A stretch of 64,000 bases of DNA from Octopus vulgaris. Its lineage: Eukaryota. The stretch is from positions 142,786,001-142,850,000 of the forward strand of contig OX597815.1 of the NCBI GenBank assembly GCA_951406725.2, given 5' to 3'. The notes beneath the pieces were generated by a model that saw nothing but the letters and a program-made list of their open reading frames with translations, was not told the DNA's origin and did not search any database. This document shows, piece by piece, positions 41,361 through 56,299 of the stretch; position 1 is the stretch's first letter, and the number at the start of each line of letters is the position of its first letter. Both the position numbers and the translations under genes were made by a program.

Positions 41361-41535
41361 GATACTTATAGCTATTATACAATCAAGTTTGAAAAGTGGA
41401 AATTGAAATATTTTTCTCCGTTATATTGTTTTGGATCGTGCACATCCACAAAAAGCTATGTTCGCAATTAAAGATTTGGTTCCAAAGAAGATGTTAAGCA
41501 GGTCTTTGCCATTTTATTCTAGAATAGTATCTTGT

Positions 41536-41780
41536 GTTCTTAGTGGTTAGAGTGTTGCGCTCACAATTGTATGATGGTGGTTTTGATTCGCGGACCGGGC
41601 AGTGTAAAACTTCTAATTTAGCGATGCTCTTAAGCAAAACACCTAATTTACGAATGCTCCAGTTCACAAGGCTTTGGTCGGTCCGAGGTTATAGCAGAAG
41701 ACACCTCCCCAAGGTGCCACGCAATAGGACTGAACCCAGAACCATGTGGTTGGTAAGCAAGCTACTTACCACACCGCCAC
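41536..41780. mobile_element. fused SINE fragments: tRNA-like head on +, CORE-type SINE head on -
   Basis: tagtggttag...ggttttgattc (A/B-box like) is followed by caaggctttggtcggtccgagg...cttaccacaccgccac. Confidence 0.65.
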
Positions 41781-42949
41781 ATACATAAATACATACATAC
41801 ATACATACATACATACATACATACATACATACATACATACATACATACATACATACAAAAATACCCTGTTGTTGATGAAGAAATTCCAACGAAGATGCTT
41901 TGGATCTAGGAGTGTGTGTGTAGAGGGTAACTCTGCCATTGAGTTGCCTCCCATTCAGGGGAGATCTTGTGGTCTTAGTGACGTATATGTCATGGAGACT
42001 GGGTAACTGTCCCTATAAATCCCACGGCACGACGCAGTGATATCAAGAGCTTAATCATAACTACTTCAAATTATTAACTTATTCTCCGTTAATAACGTTG
42101 ATGATAATTCAAAGATGAATGTGTACAATTTATGAAGCACAAAACCTTCACGGAGGCTAAATAAATATACGGTTCAATGCCTTAAAATAGAATAACTACA
42201 ACACCAAAGAAATATTTTGCAACGAAGAAGAATATATAGAAGTTGAGAGAAATGGAGAAAGAACAAGAGGTAACAAACGAGAGAGTCAGAAAGAATTCAG
42301 AAGAAACAAAACAGACAGAGTAGAAGTATTGAGAAAGAAGAGAAAGTGAGTGGTAGGTTATTGGAGAGTTAAAAATACAAAGAAATAAAAGAAAAGAAAT
42401 TCATAGGAGAGAGTAATGAGGGGAAAAGGATGTTAAGTGCTAAGAGAAACAAATGAAAGATTGAAAGTAGCATAATAGCTAACAGATAATTAAACTTTAA
42501 TTATATAAAAAAAAACAAAAGAGAAAGGAATCAAACAAAAGAGACAAGACGATTATAATACAAAATGCAAAAGGATGTTAAGATGAAATGGAATTAGGCA
42601 GCTGGACAAATAATGGAAATATTTTTGGTCTCTGACATCTCTTTCCAGTAAAATAGAGTAATGTTTTTATTTTGTCTTCTTTCTTCGTTATATAGAAATC
42701 ATTTTGAGAACATGTATTACATTAACCTATTGTTCCTAAATGATATGCAAGAATCTCCCGTGCTACAAACTTAATGTCTTCATGAAAATTGTGCGTATCG
42801 CAAAAAAACTGTAAGGAGAAACGAATTTTCCCATTGATCTTCCTACAACTAAAATAAAGTAACAGCCTCCAAAAAAAGACAGGTGACACAGCCACTTTTC
42901 AGCAGAGAATAATTTCTCAACATTCAGTGTATAATATGTATACATAAAA

Positions 42950-43480
42950 CCATTTGAAGAGAAATACATTACAATATGAACAAGATTCGTAATAGGATAG
43001 GTTCTTACCACAAAATATGATGATAACCATGAAACGGATGGTGTGCTAATCCTGCGTGGATGCGAAGCATAGATGTTCATCATCATCAACATCTATTGGA
43101 GGAGAAAATAACTTATCCATAATTGCTTAATGTATTTGATTCATCATCAAATAAGCAGTTGAAGATGTCATATTTCCTGAAGAATATACAGACACCGTCG
43201 AGAAAGATGTATATTACACACCTGATCGGGAAGAAAGTAAACGATATTAAGTGGATATCGTGATATATCTACTTCTGTCTGAAGAAATAATTGTAATCAA
43301 AAATAGATTGAAATAAATGGAGTGTGCACAATAAGCAATACTACGATCGGATGAAGGACATTGAAAAATTTGAAATCGATCTCAATAGCACCTTAATATG
43401 TTTCGCTTGTTCATCAATCCCCCCCACCCACAACAGGTTTGAACATTTAAATGCAGCATAGCGGTTCATTCATTTACTTC
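42950..43480 (+). mobile_element. possible highly decayed Helitron Pif1-type helicase remnant
   Basis: Scattered VLTTKYDDNHE and EDVIFPEEY resemble the AILAPxNxDV and VNFPTEFL motifs. The match is weak. Confidence 0.2.
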
Positions 43481-44439
43481 TTATTCTTATATTATTAGTA
43501 TGCTTGTGCAAAATGGCGAGCATAGCCTCACTAACATCGAAGTTTCATAGATACTTCTCATGAATTATTCTTCAACTAACGAGTTGTATTAGGATTAAAG
43601 TCCAGCCAGTTCATTTCTATGTTTAGTTTTTCGCCGAAAATATTTAATTCCTGTTTGTGAAGACACTCCGTTGCCTGTAATTATGTCTCAAAGTATTAAT
43701 GTTTTTATCTACTTTCCTTTAAAAATACATAATTAGAAAATACATACAAATTTTTGTTTTTGGCGCTCCTCTAAAAAAAATTACTTTAAACGAGTTGCTT
43801 ATAAATATGTATTAGTGTTTCTGTTCCAGCAAAGAATTAAATTCGTGCAAAAGAAGTAAATAAAATACTTTTACTTTTTTCAACAGCGAAAGGAGTTAAT
43901 ATATTTTACCGAAGAAATTATAATTGGTTCTGTTGTTTAATATGTCACCACACTTTACAAATACGGTTAGATGCTAAAATAATGTAACACAACTGTTTCT
44001 AAACTGTTCAAGTCGTTGTTTGATATAGATATATATTATAATTTCATCAGCAGTTGTTCCTGTGATGTCGAAAACATTACTATTTTTCTTGAAGCCGCTG
44101 TAATTATAAACCGTTTCATCGACTCTGGAGTATATTTTAAAGTTTACATTGTATGTATTCGTTTTCTCGCGAGGCTTCCATTCTACCGTTTATATTTTTA
44201 CATAATGTAGGGAATTTTTCTTCACTATAGATATATAACTTAACTAGCAATTTACTCACAGAGATTTAGACTTAAAGCACACATTTTATGCTCACCTGGG
44301 TTTTATACAAAACATGAAAGCATTCCAGTTATTCAGTATTTTTAAGTAGTTTTTAACACACATTTGTCATTTTGTCACGAAATCTGTTGTCAGGTCTAGT
44401 TTGCTTTGCCTCGTTGTTTTTCTGTTCGGTAACTCGTAT

Positions 44440-44900
44440 AAGCTCCTACTTAGGTTATTTTTCTAAAAGATGAGAAGTTCATATGAACACCATTGAGCTC
44501 TTTCTTAGGGATTTGAAAAGGTGCAGGCACGCAGATAGAGGAATATTGCTACAATTTTTTGTCGCCAAGTATATAAGACGCTTGATAATGTTTGGTATTG
44601 ACAGAATGAAGTTTATTGCCTCGGAAAATATATCACGCAAGCAATATTTATAGACTACAGAGATTATAAATATTCCTTTCAAAGCGGCTTATTGATGTAT
44701 GACAAATATGCTTTCATCTGCTTTTTCCATTTTGGCCGGGTAAGTGCGTGCAGGCTAAGGGAATTTTTGCTTTAATTTTGCGTGGGGAACATTCAGTTCA
44801 TGAAGTATTAACCATAAAAAGACATGCTTTTATGGTTGTTCGCCATGGTTACAAATACACCATCAGTATTTTAGTATTTATTACTGCCTTCCATGTTAGA
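44440..44900 (-). mobile_element. decayed hAT (Charlie/ZBED5-like) transposase remnant
   Basis: Minus strand, in the expected order: TDGVFVTM (TDGA..M), VIHQ*AAL (C.IH..AL), LRDIFSEAINFI and PLSA..LFKSL. Confidence 0.45.
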
Positions 44901-46435
44901 TGTTAGGTGTTAAAAACATAATCAAAATATTGCGGAATAATGCTACTGCAATAATAATGGTTTTACACAACAAGGGTGCGTATTAGTCGTTCTTGTGATT
45001 GGACATTAGCGTACAACATTGATAACTGCCTTCTAAAACTGTTCCCTGACCCTCAATACTTATCTGCTATTTTTCATTACTCGACTGAACTATTGTTTGA
45101 TGTCAAAAGTTATTACGTTATTGATTGTAGCTCTTTAGACTGGTTTAACACAGTCAGGTTCAACTTTGACTTTCCCTCTTTAAATTCTGGGATACATTAA
45201 TTTGACGCTGAGCCTCCTTCAAAATATTTGATATTGAGACTAGGTTATAAATCAATAATATAAATGTGTAGAGAGAGATGAATAATGGCTATGTCCATCT
45301 AATCGACAGGTTCTCCCAAAACCTTCTGACTTGTACAATTGCAGTTATGTACATAGAATACACAGGTTGTGAGAAGTATGATGAAAAACTACATAAAATG
45401 ATTTTGTATTTTATGGAGGCGCGCCAGAATTTTCTAAACGTGTCCCTGTTTTCCAATGTTTCTATAGATAATCGGACAAGGAAACAATATTATAAACATG
45501 TGTCCACATTCGTAATAATATAGTTATGATCACAAAATATAAAAATATACATGTTCTTTTTAATCCGAAACAATGCAATTATAAAGCAAGTTGACAGCTT
45601 TACACGGTATATCAATATTTCAGGGTCGGGACCGTTCTCTCATGAAACCTTTGGAGAAGAAATTAGTATTCACTGATTTCTCTATCTTGTAGTGTGTGCA
45701 TGGACGCACGCGTGTTTATGTGTGTGAGTTTGTGTGGGTGAATGTGAGAGTGCATGTATGTATGTGTATGTGTGTATAACAGAGTGCTCAGTAATATTTT
45801 GTAACATTGTCGTCATACCATTCAAAACATCAAAGTACCCTGATGTAAGTTATGCTAAACTGAAAACGTTCCGCACATTAAAACGGAGATTATATAGATG
45901 GTATAAAATATTATTATCGGAAATACAAACAGAAGCTCTTAGATAACATCCGTACACCCCAGAACTCACATTCTAACGATACTAATCGCGGAGAACAGAT
46001 TCAACGGCCATCAAGGAGAAGCTACCGACCGTATTCACATGAATTGCAACCATAAATGATATATCTTCTTTTTTTTTTTACAATCGGTCACATTTTCCAA
46101 TGCGTCACACAATGCGGTACCTCATGTTCCTTCACCTGAAAGACTTCGACCAATAAAACTCGACTTGCATGAGCAAATACGAACACAGCTCAAATCTATT
46201 CATCGAATATTACCAGAATCTTTGTGTTGTACAACACATGAATGAAACTCTGAGTAGCAAGGGGCCCAACTATGACTGGCAGATATGTATGTGTATCAGA
46301 GTATATGCACGTATAATATATATATATATATATATAAATCCTTAAAATCCTTAAAAATGTTTTAGCCCGAAGGCCGCGGCCATATATATATATGCATGTA
46401 TGTACACAAACACACATACACACACATATATATAG

Positions 46436-46554
<119 letters not shown>

Positions 46555-47923
46555 TGTGTATGTGTGTTAAATTGAGTTTGTTGTAAAGCTATTTTATGAG
46601 TATACTGCAGTCAGCCATTTGCGTAACCTAATGACTTCATTGGTAATTAACCAGTCTAGCTTTGAAAGAAATATACTCGATATATACGCCTATAAATATT
46701 GCATACAAAGTTTATCTCACATATTTCATAAATTCAGTTCTCTTAATTATTCTATGGTAAATGCGCAATTCTCAAAACATTTTCACCAACTTTTACTTCT
46801 TTTCTACGTCTGTGTCGATCAAATACATTACTTTCACAGTTGTCTTTCCTTGTTTCAAATGCTATCAAGAAATAATCCACACACTCTTCACGCCACTGCT
46901 ATGGTTTGTGCTTTATACACCCCATACGGAATCTGTTTTAGAATCGTCTGCTTATTCAGTCTTATGCGTCCATATAATATGCATTGATTAAGTGGCAAAC
47001 TGTCGACTTAATACAGCGTTAGTTGAAATGCATTGCATTACTTAGTTCAGATTTGGGTTTTTAATTCACATCTCAGGAATGCGACATTACTATTTATCCT
47101 CGTGAAGAAATAAATAAAAGACCAGAACGAACCGGAGGACTGGTGAGATCATTAGTGTTTTAGAGAGTGTGGGATGTGGTGCTCGTTTCGGATTTGTGTG
47201 TTTGAATCGCAGCTACCGTTGTGGTCTACTTGCATGGTAAACTTAATGTCACAATAGTCCAAATTGCGGTGTCTTAACATTGCAATATGACAATTGGATT
47301 TCTTTAGTAAAGCTCATTCTATAGTAAATATTTGGGACAACTTTTTAGTTTGAGAGTAATTTCTTCTATCGCTCTTTTTTTTTTTTTTGACAGCATTGAA
47401 AATTATAATGCCTCCTGTTTTTATAATGTGACTCAGCCATCTACACAAGCATAATGCAGAGTGCGAACTAACACGAGATGCAAAAGCTCTGAAAAAATAC
47501 GTGGCTTTCTGAATCCTTACGATATACTTCACAGTTTAGGACGTCCAATGCGTTGTAAATTTAGTATACTAATTTCAATTCTTTTCATTAATATCGAGGT
47601 TTTCATGTATGTTTGCTGGAACATGCTGGAATATAACAATGCTTTTATGGACCAGTCTCTGCTTGAACTCAAATTGTTTACAAGTTGTAGAAATTAAAAC
47701 ACGTCAGTGCAAATAGTTTGATGAATTAGTGCAATAACTCCCAAGTATGTGAATCAAAGAAACCATTAAAGCACCTTAAAAAATCTATACTTCGGCATCA
47801 ACACGCCACAAACAAGAAAACACAGTTTCGTTAACATCCACATAACAAACAACATCATATACATATATATGTCATAGAGTTTCATAAGTATGTGTGTGTC
47901 TAGATGTACATACGTGTGAGAGC

Positions 47924-48000
<77 letters not shown>

Positions 48001-48098
48001 ATTCAAATAAGCAATAAATTCAAATAAACGAATAATATTGACAGAGAAGAGGACGTTCAAAGTAATATAATAGCTTGACGCTCGGTGAAAAGAGAGAG

Positions 48099-48131
48099 TT
48101 TGACGTTTCGAGCATAGCTCTTCATCGGAAA
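48099..48131 (-). ncRNA. minimal hammerhead motif (core CCGAUGA)
   Basis: Minus strand reads ttt CCGATGA a-gagc-tat-gctc GAAA cg TC aaa. The flanks are homologous to 27970-28110. Confidence 0.55.
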
Positions 48132-49794
48132 GAAAAAAGGGAAAAATCCAAAGAAGGAAAATAAATCACCAACAGCATATGTGATATTTGTAAGTATGTC
48201 ATAATAGAAAAAATATCAGATCTTGTAAAGACAGCTACCAAGGTTTTCCTGGTCGAGATAATAGTTTATTTCATTTATCGAGCTGAAAGAAAGACCATTT
48301 ATCAACTGTCCTTTAATGACATTCAAACAAGAAATCCTTTTAAAGAAGACAAGAAGAATAGCACAAGGGAGGAAAACAAAGTTACAAAAATACGATGTTA
48401 AGCGGGGCTCTGCTTTTAAATTCCGGCAAGTTGTGTTTCGTGAAATGTGAATATACAGTAAACATCGCGTACCTCGACTTTATGTATTCAGTGGAGATTC
48501 TCAAGTTCTTTAAAATATAGAATTATTAAAGAGAACACACTGAAAATTTTTGGGACCTGTTAATATAGTCTCTGGATTTGGATAGGATTTTCCATTTGAT
48601 GTCGAAACTGGTGCCTGCGTCTTTAAATGTCCAGATTAAAGCCGAAAGTGTTACTGAATATTCATACCACGGTACCTAAAATACAAAAGATGATTGTTTC
48701 TAGATTATGTATGTATGTATGTATGTATGTATGTATGTATGTATGTATGTATGTATGTATGTACGTACGTACGTACGTATGTATGTATGTATGTATGTAT
48801 GTGTGTATGTGTGTATGTATGTATGTATGTATGTATGTATGTATGTATGCATGCATGTATGTATGTATGTATGCATATAGTTGAATAGAGAGATAATATA
48901 TCCAGACAGGTACCATTCAATCACACTATTATATTCCAATATATGGCTAACTGCATCGAATTGTAAGGAACAATCTATTATTAGTCCAGGTAAATAATAT
49001 CCTCAGTGTATTTCATCACATGAGTAAATCCTGGATTCATTTCGTTGGATTACAAACAGTTTACTGAGTGCATATCCAAGACAATTCAAATACGAAGAGT
49101 AATACATCTAAACAGTTTTTACTATTAAAGTTAATTATACAGCAAAAATTTTAATGTGTCCGACATATGTTTCTGCTGCATGGATATCTCACAATGTAGT
49201 TTACATTTGCGTTCGTTCAATTTGTTCATGTGTTAAGAGTCTATGTAGCTTTATTCAAGGTGTTGCCACTGTTGTAGTTTGAAGCGAACTAAAAGTACGA
49301 TCGTTTGGGTAATATTATACTTGATAGGGAACAATTGCTTTTGAGTGCAAGGCATGAGAGAGAGGAACATTTAGAAACACAATACCACTATAAAATCGGT
49401 TATCAGATTGACCCTATGATGATCCTAAGGTTTGAATTTACGAGTCATGAATACAAGATCATAACTTAGGTCAGAGTATATTTCATCCACTAGAGTTAAG
49501 CCAACTAAAAAGGAATAAATTTCAGAGATAGAGTTTACAATTAAATGTCGCCAAATCGAATATAATTTAGAAACATGAGATATACAGATTTTACTTGTAG
49601 GGCCGGGGTATTGCACGCAGTATGTTAGGATACATCTACCTAAGGTGAAATCCGAATCTTTAGCTGTACAAATCAACATTAAATCTATAGGTAGATAACA
49701 TTCTCCAAGATATACAATATGTCATTCCATATGTGAAGTTTAACATCTGAAGAATACTGATTATTTGGAGAAGAATTACTACTGGAATATACGT

Positions 49795-50130
49795 CAAGTG
49801 TCTTCTATTATAGCATTGGTCCAACCAAAACTTTGCGAGTTGATTTGGTAAAGGGAAAACTGAAAGAAGCCTGTCGCGTAAATGTGTGTGTATGTGTGTA
49901 TGTGTGTATGTGTACGCGATTTTGTGTCTGTGTTTATTCCTCTCCACCGCATAGCAAGTGGTGTTGTTGCATTTACACCTTTGTTACTTAGCACCACGGC
50001 AAAAGAGATGGATAGAATAAGTACCAGGCTTTACAAAATTATTTAGTGGGTTGATTCGTTCGACGTAAATTCTTCAATTTGGTTCCCCAGTATGGCCGTG
50101 GTCCAATGGTTGAAACAAACAGGAGATAAA
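49795..50130 (+). mobile_element. older 5'-truncated CORE-type SINE
   Basis: caagtgtcttctattatagc...aaactgaaagaagcctgtcg...tagaataagtaccaggct...ccccagtatggccgtggtccaatggttgaaacaa. Confidence 0.8.
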
Positions 50131-50919
50131 GTTACAAGACATATATGTAGGTAGGTAGGGAGGGACGGAGGGAGGTAGGGAGGGAGGGATGTAGGTAGGT
50201 AGGTAGGTAGGTAGGTTAGTAGGTAGGTAGGTAGGTAGGTAGGTAGGTAGGTAGGTAGGTTAGTAGGTAGGTACGTAGGTAGGGTGGGTAGGTAAGCAGA
50301 TAGATATGTGTAAATGTGTATGATCGTGTGACTGTGTGTGAGCGTACATTCGCGTGTTTGTGTATGTACATGGCTGTGCATATTTCCATATATATGTAGA
50401 TATATATACATATATATATATACAAACATAAATATATATGTATGTATATATGTGTATATATATACATATATACATACATATGTAGTTGGTTATTATACTT
50501 TATATGTGTTTGGGTACAATTATTCATATGTAGAGTTAGCACGAAATATTAATCAAAACTATGCCGCAGTTTGGTAAATAATCAAAATGCATTAAAGTTC
50601 GCCATTTTACTTCTTGTATCGAGTTATCTTAAACCACTTAATTGATTTAGCCAAACGTGAAAGGAATATGTAACGCCTCAGGCTACTTTTGCATCTCTTA
50701 ACGATTATAGCAGAGATCTAGAAAATTAGATTTTTTTCACTCAAATTGAAGCTAATTAAGAATGCTATTCCTTGTAGGCGCAACTCCTCTAACAGACGGC
50801 CCTCTTCTAGGAGAGAACTGAGTTGAAAATGAATTGTGCCAACGGTTATTCACATTAAATTACATATCGAACGTATCTTGAAAAACAGATCAGCCAATTT
50901 TCATTATCATTATTATTGT

Positions 50920-51220
50920 GGCGTTGATGATGATGATGATGATGATGATAATGGTGATGATGACGACAACAACGATGACAATGACGATGACAACGATGAC
51001 GACGATAACGATTATATTGAGGATGATGGGGGTAGAGGAGTAACAGCAAAAGCATTTTCAACACCAGCATCAGTAGTTGGAGCAGCAGCAGTAGCAGCAA
51101 AAGAAGAACAAGAAGAAGAGAGGAAGAAGAAGCAGAAGAAGAAGGAGGAGGAGGAGGAGGAGGAGAAGAAGGAGGAGGAGGAGGAGGAGGAGGAGAAGAA
51201 GAAGAAGAAGAAGAAGAAGA
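50920..51220. repeat. compound trinucleotide repeats (GAT/GAC, GCA, GAG/AAG)
   Basis: Direct reading of the sequence. Confidence 0.9.
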
Positions 51221-51370
51221 CGGGCTTCTTTCAGTTTCCAAATCCATTGACAAGGCTTTGGTCGGCCCAAGGCTATAATAGAAGACACTTACCCAAGGAA
51301 CCACGCAGTGGGGCTGAACCCGGAACCATGTGGCTGGTAAACAAGCTACTTACCACACAGCCACTCCACG
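51220..51370 (-). mobile_element. CORE-type SINE 5' half
   Basis: acgggcttctttcagtttcc...ccacgcagtggggctgaacccggaaccatgtgg...cttaccacacagccactcc. Confidence 0.85.
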
Positions 51371-53096
51371 CAGAGGATCTGTCAACTTTTTAATGTTCTT
51401 TCATATATATCAGGCTTTCCACTCTTTCTATCCTTCTCCACTTTAATTTTCTTCATATGTATGTAATATATGCAGTTAGGACTCTTCTCCTGCCAGACAT
51501 ACGCTGATTCAGAAGCTTTTATGATATGTAAGAAAAACTTAGAAATCCAGTCTCTGCTGATCTTCCAAATTTTAATATCTTGTACCATCTTTCCCATGAG
51601 TTAGGTAATTCTCATATCATCTCCACTAGATCTCATCTATCTACATAGAGAAAGTCTAACTGGACATCTGCTCCACCATTCCCACAAAATATAGTGATCC
51701 TAAAAATATCATATGATTTTTAGTTTTTACTCTTAGTTATTTGTAAGGAGGGACCTGCATATTGTTTGTTTGCTATTGACACAGATTTACAAGTACAATT
51801 GATATGGAATATCTCTCAGGGTGTTAACATAATTTCACAATGTAAGCATAACATATTCTATTTTACGGTTTCATCAAGTTAGAACATGTATTATACAAAA
51901 TAAATTGTATTCATAAATGATAAGAAAATCTCGTTTCATATATATGACTGTGTGTGTATCTTATATATATGTGTGTCTGTATGTGTGTATGTGTTTGTCA
52001 TTCAGTATCTCTGTCTATCTACCAATATGTGCGTGTGTAAGTATGTATGCATGTATTTCTTATACATCCATAGCGCCGAACATATGAGGTTCTACAATGT
52101 AGAGATGCAATTCTAATTCAATAAAGCAATATAGTTCGATAATTTTATTAGCTTCATAAACTTAATTTTACTATGGATTCTGCTATCTGAATGTGCAGCT
52201 CCTCTTGCGAAGCTATTCATAAATATATTGGCAAACAATCATTTCGATGTAAATAGGTAGCGCTACGTTTATGTACCTATCGACATTATAGAATCTACAA
52301 TTTTATTCTCGGGTTGCAGTTATGTTATGTTGATTATTGATATCAGTCGTCGAAAGTAGAGGTATCGTACCCTCAACCATTAGTTTAATACGTAAGTATA
52401 CACAGAACATAGTTCCTTCCTGGAGATTAACATGCATGCAGAAAAACATATAAACTGTAAAAATTACAGAAAACATGTTCAAAGAAGAATGATATTGGAA
52501 CAACCTCTATCCATTCAAGAAATATCAAAAGTGTGTTTCTCAGTAGATATATGCCCCTGGGTTCATATGCAAATTACTATAAATTTATTAAACGGAAATT
52601 GCACAAATTGATAGAGTTTTTTCACGAATCAAACACAAGAGTCATGAAACATTATAACGTCAACAAAAAATTGACGTTTTGATTTTAATTTATGCATCTA
52701 TACACCATAGCTCCTTACTTTATTCTGACCTAATATATATGGTTATGATTAAACCATGTAAAACATTGTACAACGATAATTCACTAACATGCGAAAAATC
52801 ATACAAAAACACGACAATAAATAATTCGGGACAAACTTTCTTCTGTAAATAATTTGGATCATTTATAACATAATACTGAGATTACATGTAACAGGAATTT
52901 TGAAATTTTGAGACGTTCACGTTTGAAATATTCTAAATATAAAGATAATGTATTTACACTTTAATAAAACAGATATTAAACAAATATAAACTGGTTTTGT
53001 GTCGTTTCAATTAAAGTCGCACTGCTGTAATAATGTAAAACACGCACTCACATGTTTACATTAACTCACCAATGTCTCGGAACATACACACATATA

Positions 53097-54375
53097 TTAA
53101 GTCGTCAAGTATGAAATTTGTAGTAAGGCATATGCTAAACATTGACAGCTGCTCATTTTGCGCCATTATTATATTTTGACACTCATTATGTTTTTGTTAA
53201 TAAGCTGACATATCTATTTTTTTATTATAACTCATTTCGCGCTTTATAAAGTATTTATAAATATTATTTTGCTATTTTTGTTTAGAGATGAATAAGTCAG
53301 AAATTCGTACAGTTTTGAAATATGAATTCTTTCTTGGAAATACAGCATCACATACAGCTCGGAATATTAATGAAGTATTTCATTCTAATGCTATTACACA
53401 GCAGACATTATCAAATTGGTTTGCAAAATTTCGATATAGTAACTTTGACCTCACAAATGATCAATGTGGTCTACCAGAAACAAAGGTGTATAATGGTGAA
53501 CTGAAAGCCACCGTCGAGTGAGATCCATCTCAAAGTGTTTGTGAAATATTGTTGTTGTTTGGTGTTAGCAAGCAAACAATATTGACTCACGTAGTTCAAA
53601 TTGCTAAAGGGAAAAAGTTGGATAAGTGGGTTCCACATGAACTCAATGAAAATCAGAATCAGTAACGTTTGGAAACCTGCATTATGCTACTTTCTCTTGA
53701 CAAAAATGAATAATTTTTTAATCGAATCGTAACACGAGATGAGAATTGGATCCAATACAATAACCGTAAATGTTCAGCACAATGGTAGGACAGAGATGAG
53801 CCACCAAAACACAGTCCAAAAACAAATTTCTTCAAAATAAGCTGATGGTGTGTGTTTGGTGGTCTGGCGCAGGTGTGATCCATTATGATTTCATTAAACC
53901 TGGCTCATTAATCATGGCGGCAGTATACTGCAGCCAACTGGACCAAATAATGCAGAAACTTACAATACAAAGCCTAGATTAGTTAGCAGATCAACTTCTA
54001 TTTTACTGCAAGACAACGCCAGACCACACATCGCAAAAATGACTTTGGCGAAACTACAGAAGTTGGAGTTAGAAGTTCTCTATCATCCACCATATTCACC
54101 TGATCTTGCCACCACTGACTAATACGTCTTGCAGAATTTGGATAAAGTTTTGAAAGGAAAAATGTTTAATTCAGATGGTGTAAAACAGGCCTTCCAAGAT
54201 TTTATTGACGCTAGATTGCCAGGCTTTTACATTTCCGTGCTGGACAAGCTACTGCTGAAATGGCAAAAGTGTATTGACAATATGGGTGCATACTTTGATG
54301 AATAAAACTATTCCTTGTATTTATAAAACAGCAAACTAATTTTCTTTTCTACAAATTTCATGCTTGACAACCTAA
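53097..54375 (+). mobile_element. full-length (~1.28 kb) mariner transposon, DD34D transposase pseudogene at 53288-~54306
   Basis: TIRs ttaagtcgtcaagtatgaaatttgtag / ctacaaatttcatgcttgacaacctaa with TA flanks. Motifs WVPHEL, IVTRDENW, LLQDNARPH and HPPYSPDLA are present, with multiple stops. Confidence 0.95.
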
Positions 54376-54386
54376 TATATATGTGC

Positions 54387-54424
<38 letters not shown>

Positions 54425-54564
54425 GTGTGTGCATGTGTATGTATGTGCATGTGTAAACATATATACAAAAGGACAAACATACATATGTTGTTTAAAACAG
54501 CTTGATCCGATTCCAAACGACTTCCTTTCATAGGCTTTTTACGGAAACCTAGCTCGGTCATGTT

Positions 54565-54612
54565 CTGATTACTAGTAATCTGATTACTAGTAATCTGATT
54601 ACTAGTAATCTG
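54565..54612. repeat. three tandem copies of a 15 bp unit containing a perfect 14 bp palindrome
   Basis: (tgattactagtaatc)x3. gattactagtaatc is self-complementary. Confidence 0.9.
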
Positions 54613-54954
54613 AGCCTGAACGAGCTAGTGGTATAGAGACAAATCGAACCTCTTTAAATAATACATACACACACAAATATACATAACGGGCCAAGACCGA
54701 CTTCGGAAACAAATGACCTTGGAATTGCTCCTAGAAAGTTCCCCTCCAAGAAATAACTAGTCTGAGGAATATCATGCAGTCGTCGATACATACCAGCCTC
54801 CTTTCTCTACATCACCAATGTTGTTCAAGGTAAACACAAAGTCCAATACAGCTTGGCACGAGTGACAAATTGTCAGTAACCATATAAAAAAAAAAAAAAT
54901 ATAAATATATATAAAAAAAAAAAAAAAATAAATATATATATATGTATAAGAACC

Positions 54955-55007
<53 letters not shown>

Positions 55008-55027
55008 GTTTGAATGTATGTATCCCA

Positions 55028-55225
55028 CAGCAATCCCTCGAATTTTGCGGGTGTTACGTACCAAAAATCCCCGCCATAAGTGTTATTTTTAAAATTTATA
55101 TATATTTATTTTATTAACACCACGGAGGAATCGACATCAACGTAAGCTTAAATAATAAACTGCAATAGGTGAACCGCTATAGGTGAACAGTGAAAGGTGA
55201 ACCGCGATATGGCGAAGGCTTACTG
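55028..55225. mobile_element. pogo/Tigger-like MITE
   Basis: Ends cagcaatccctcgaattttgcgg / ccgcgatatggcgaaggcttactg|ta. Confidence 0.55.
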
Positions 55226-55242
55226 TATAGTAAAAACAAAGT

Positions 55243-55866
55243 AAATAAAGTTGGAAAAGGCACAGAAATATATTTTAGAGCACGTTCAATAAGATATTAC
55301 TGGTTTCCATTGTTTTGAATTGGTTGGGAAGCTCCTTATTCATGGTTTACCCAGCTGCGTGCGTTTAGAATTTATTGTCAGAAACATTTTTCTTTTCTTC
55401 TTTTTCGCACACACACACACACACACACACACTCAGCAAATAAATGGCAAATAATTCCACCTTAATTCTCTGAATAACCATCCTTTAAAAAAGCATTCAA
55501 CCATTTCCCCCAATAGAGAAAGAAATAAAGAAAAATATTTTCGACAATAGATTCCAAACACGCACACATCTGGGTAAACCATGAATGAGGAGCTTTTCAA
55601 TCAACTCAAAAGACTTCCTGAAATTTGAACTCTTGAACTCCACCTTAACCCTACAGACATACCATTTATAAGTGATTGGCTAAAGCAAGATTTCATTAAG
55701 AACTCAAATTTGGGTACAAATTTTTAAACCTCGCCAAAAATGTTTTTGCTCTCTGACCCCCACCAAAATTCATTCTAAATTTGATAAGATGGATACATCG
55801 AAACCAGTAACATTTTATTAAACATTCACTAAAATATACTTTTGTGCCTTTTCCAACATTATTTAT
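55243..55866. repeat. decayed fold-back palindrome of PLE terminus
   Basis: gttggaaaaggcacagaaatatattttag vs ctaaaatatacttttgtgccttttccaac, and agctccttattcatggtttacccag vs ctgggtaaaccatgaatgaggagct. Confidence 0.8.
55775..55816 (+). ncRNA. minimal hammerhead variant (U3-A8 core), weak stems I/III
   Basis: TTGATAA gatg-gata-catc GAAA ccag TA. Confidence 0.55.
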
Positions 55867-55929
55867 TTTTTAACTGTAATTTGTGATTTGTAAGGACTCC
55901 TAACGACTTTTCATCTATCTATCTATCTA

Positions 55930-55987
<58 letters not shown>

Positions 55988-56241
55988 CAAGGTGCCATGG
56001 GTAACTTGTCACCATTTTATACTTTACATTTCGCTCACGTGCTTGTTTCTTTTTGATTTTGTCGACTACACAGTATAGTAAGGTCAAGAGCAGCTTGGAA
56101 GGTGTTTATAAGCCATTTAAGAAACACACAAAAACCGTTAGAATCACTTCAACATTTAAATTTAATTTGCCAAAATATTTTCGTCGCTTTGAGACTGCAA
56201 CTCGTTCAGACAAAATTCCGTGCTGCATCTGACGATTTCTG

Positions 56242-56294
<53 letters not shown>

Positions 56295-56299
56295 GGACA

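Noticed and set aside
51380-51700. Possible RTE 3' remnant (MVQD..IW, R..GKP)
   Set aside because: Only two short motif-like matches, in unexpected order.
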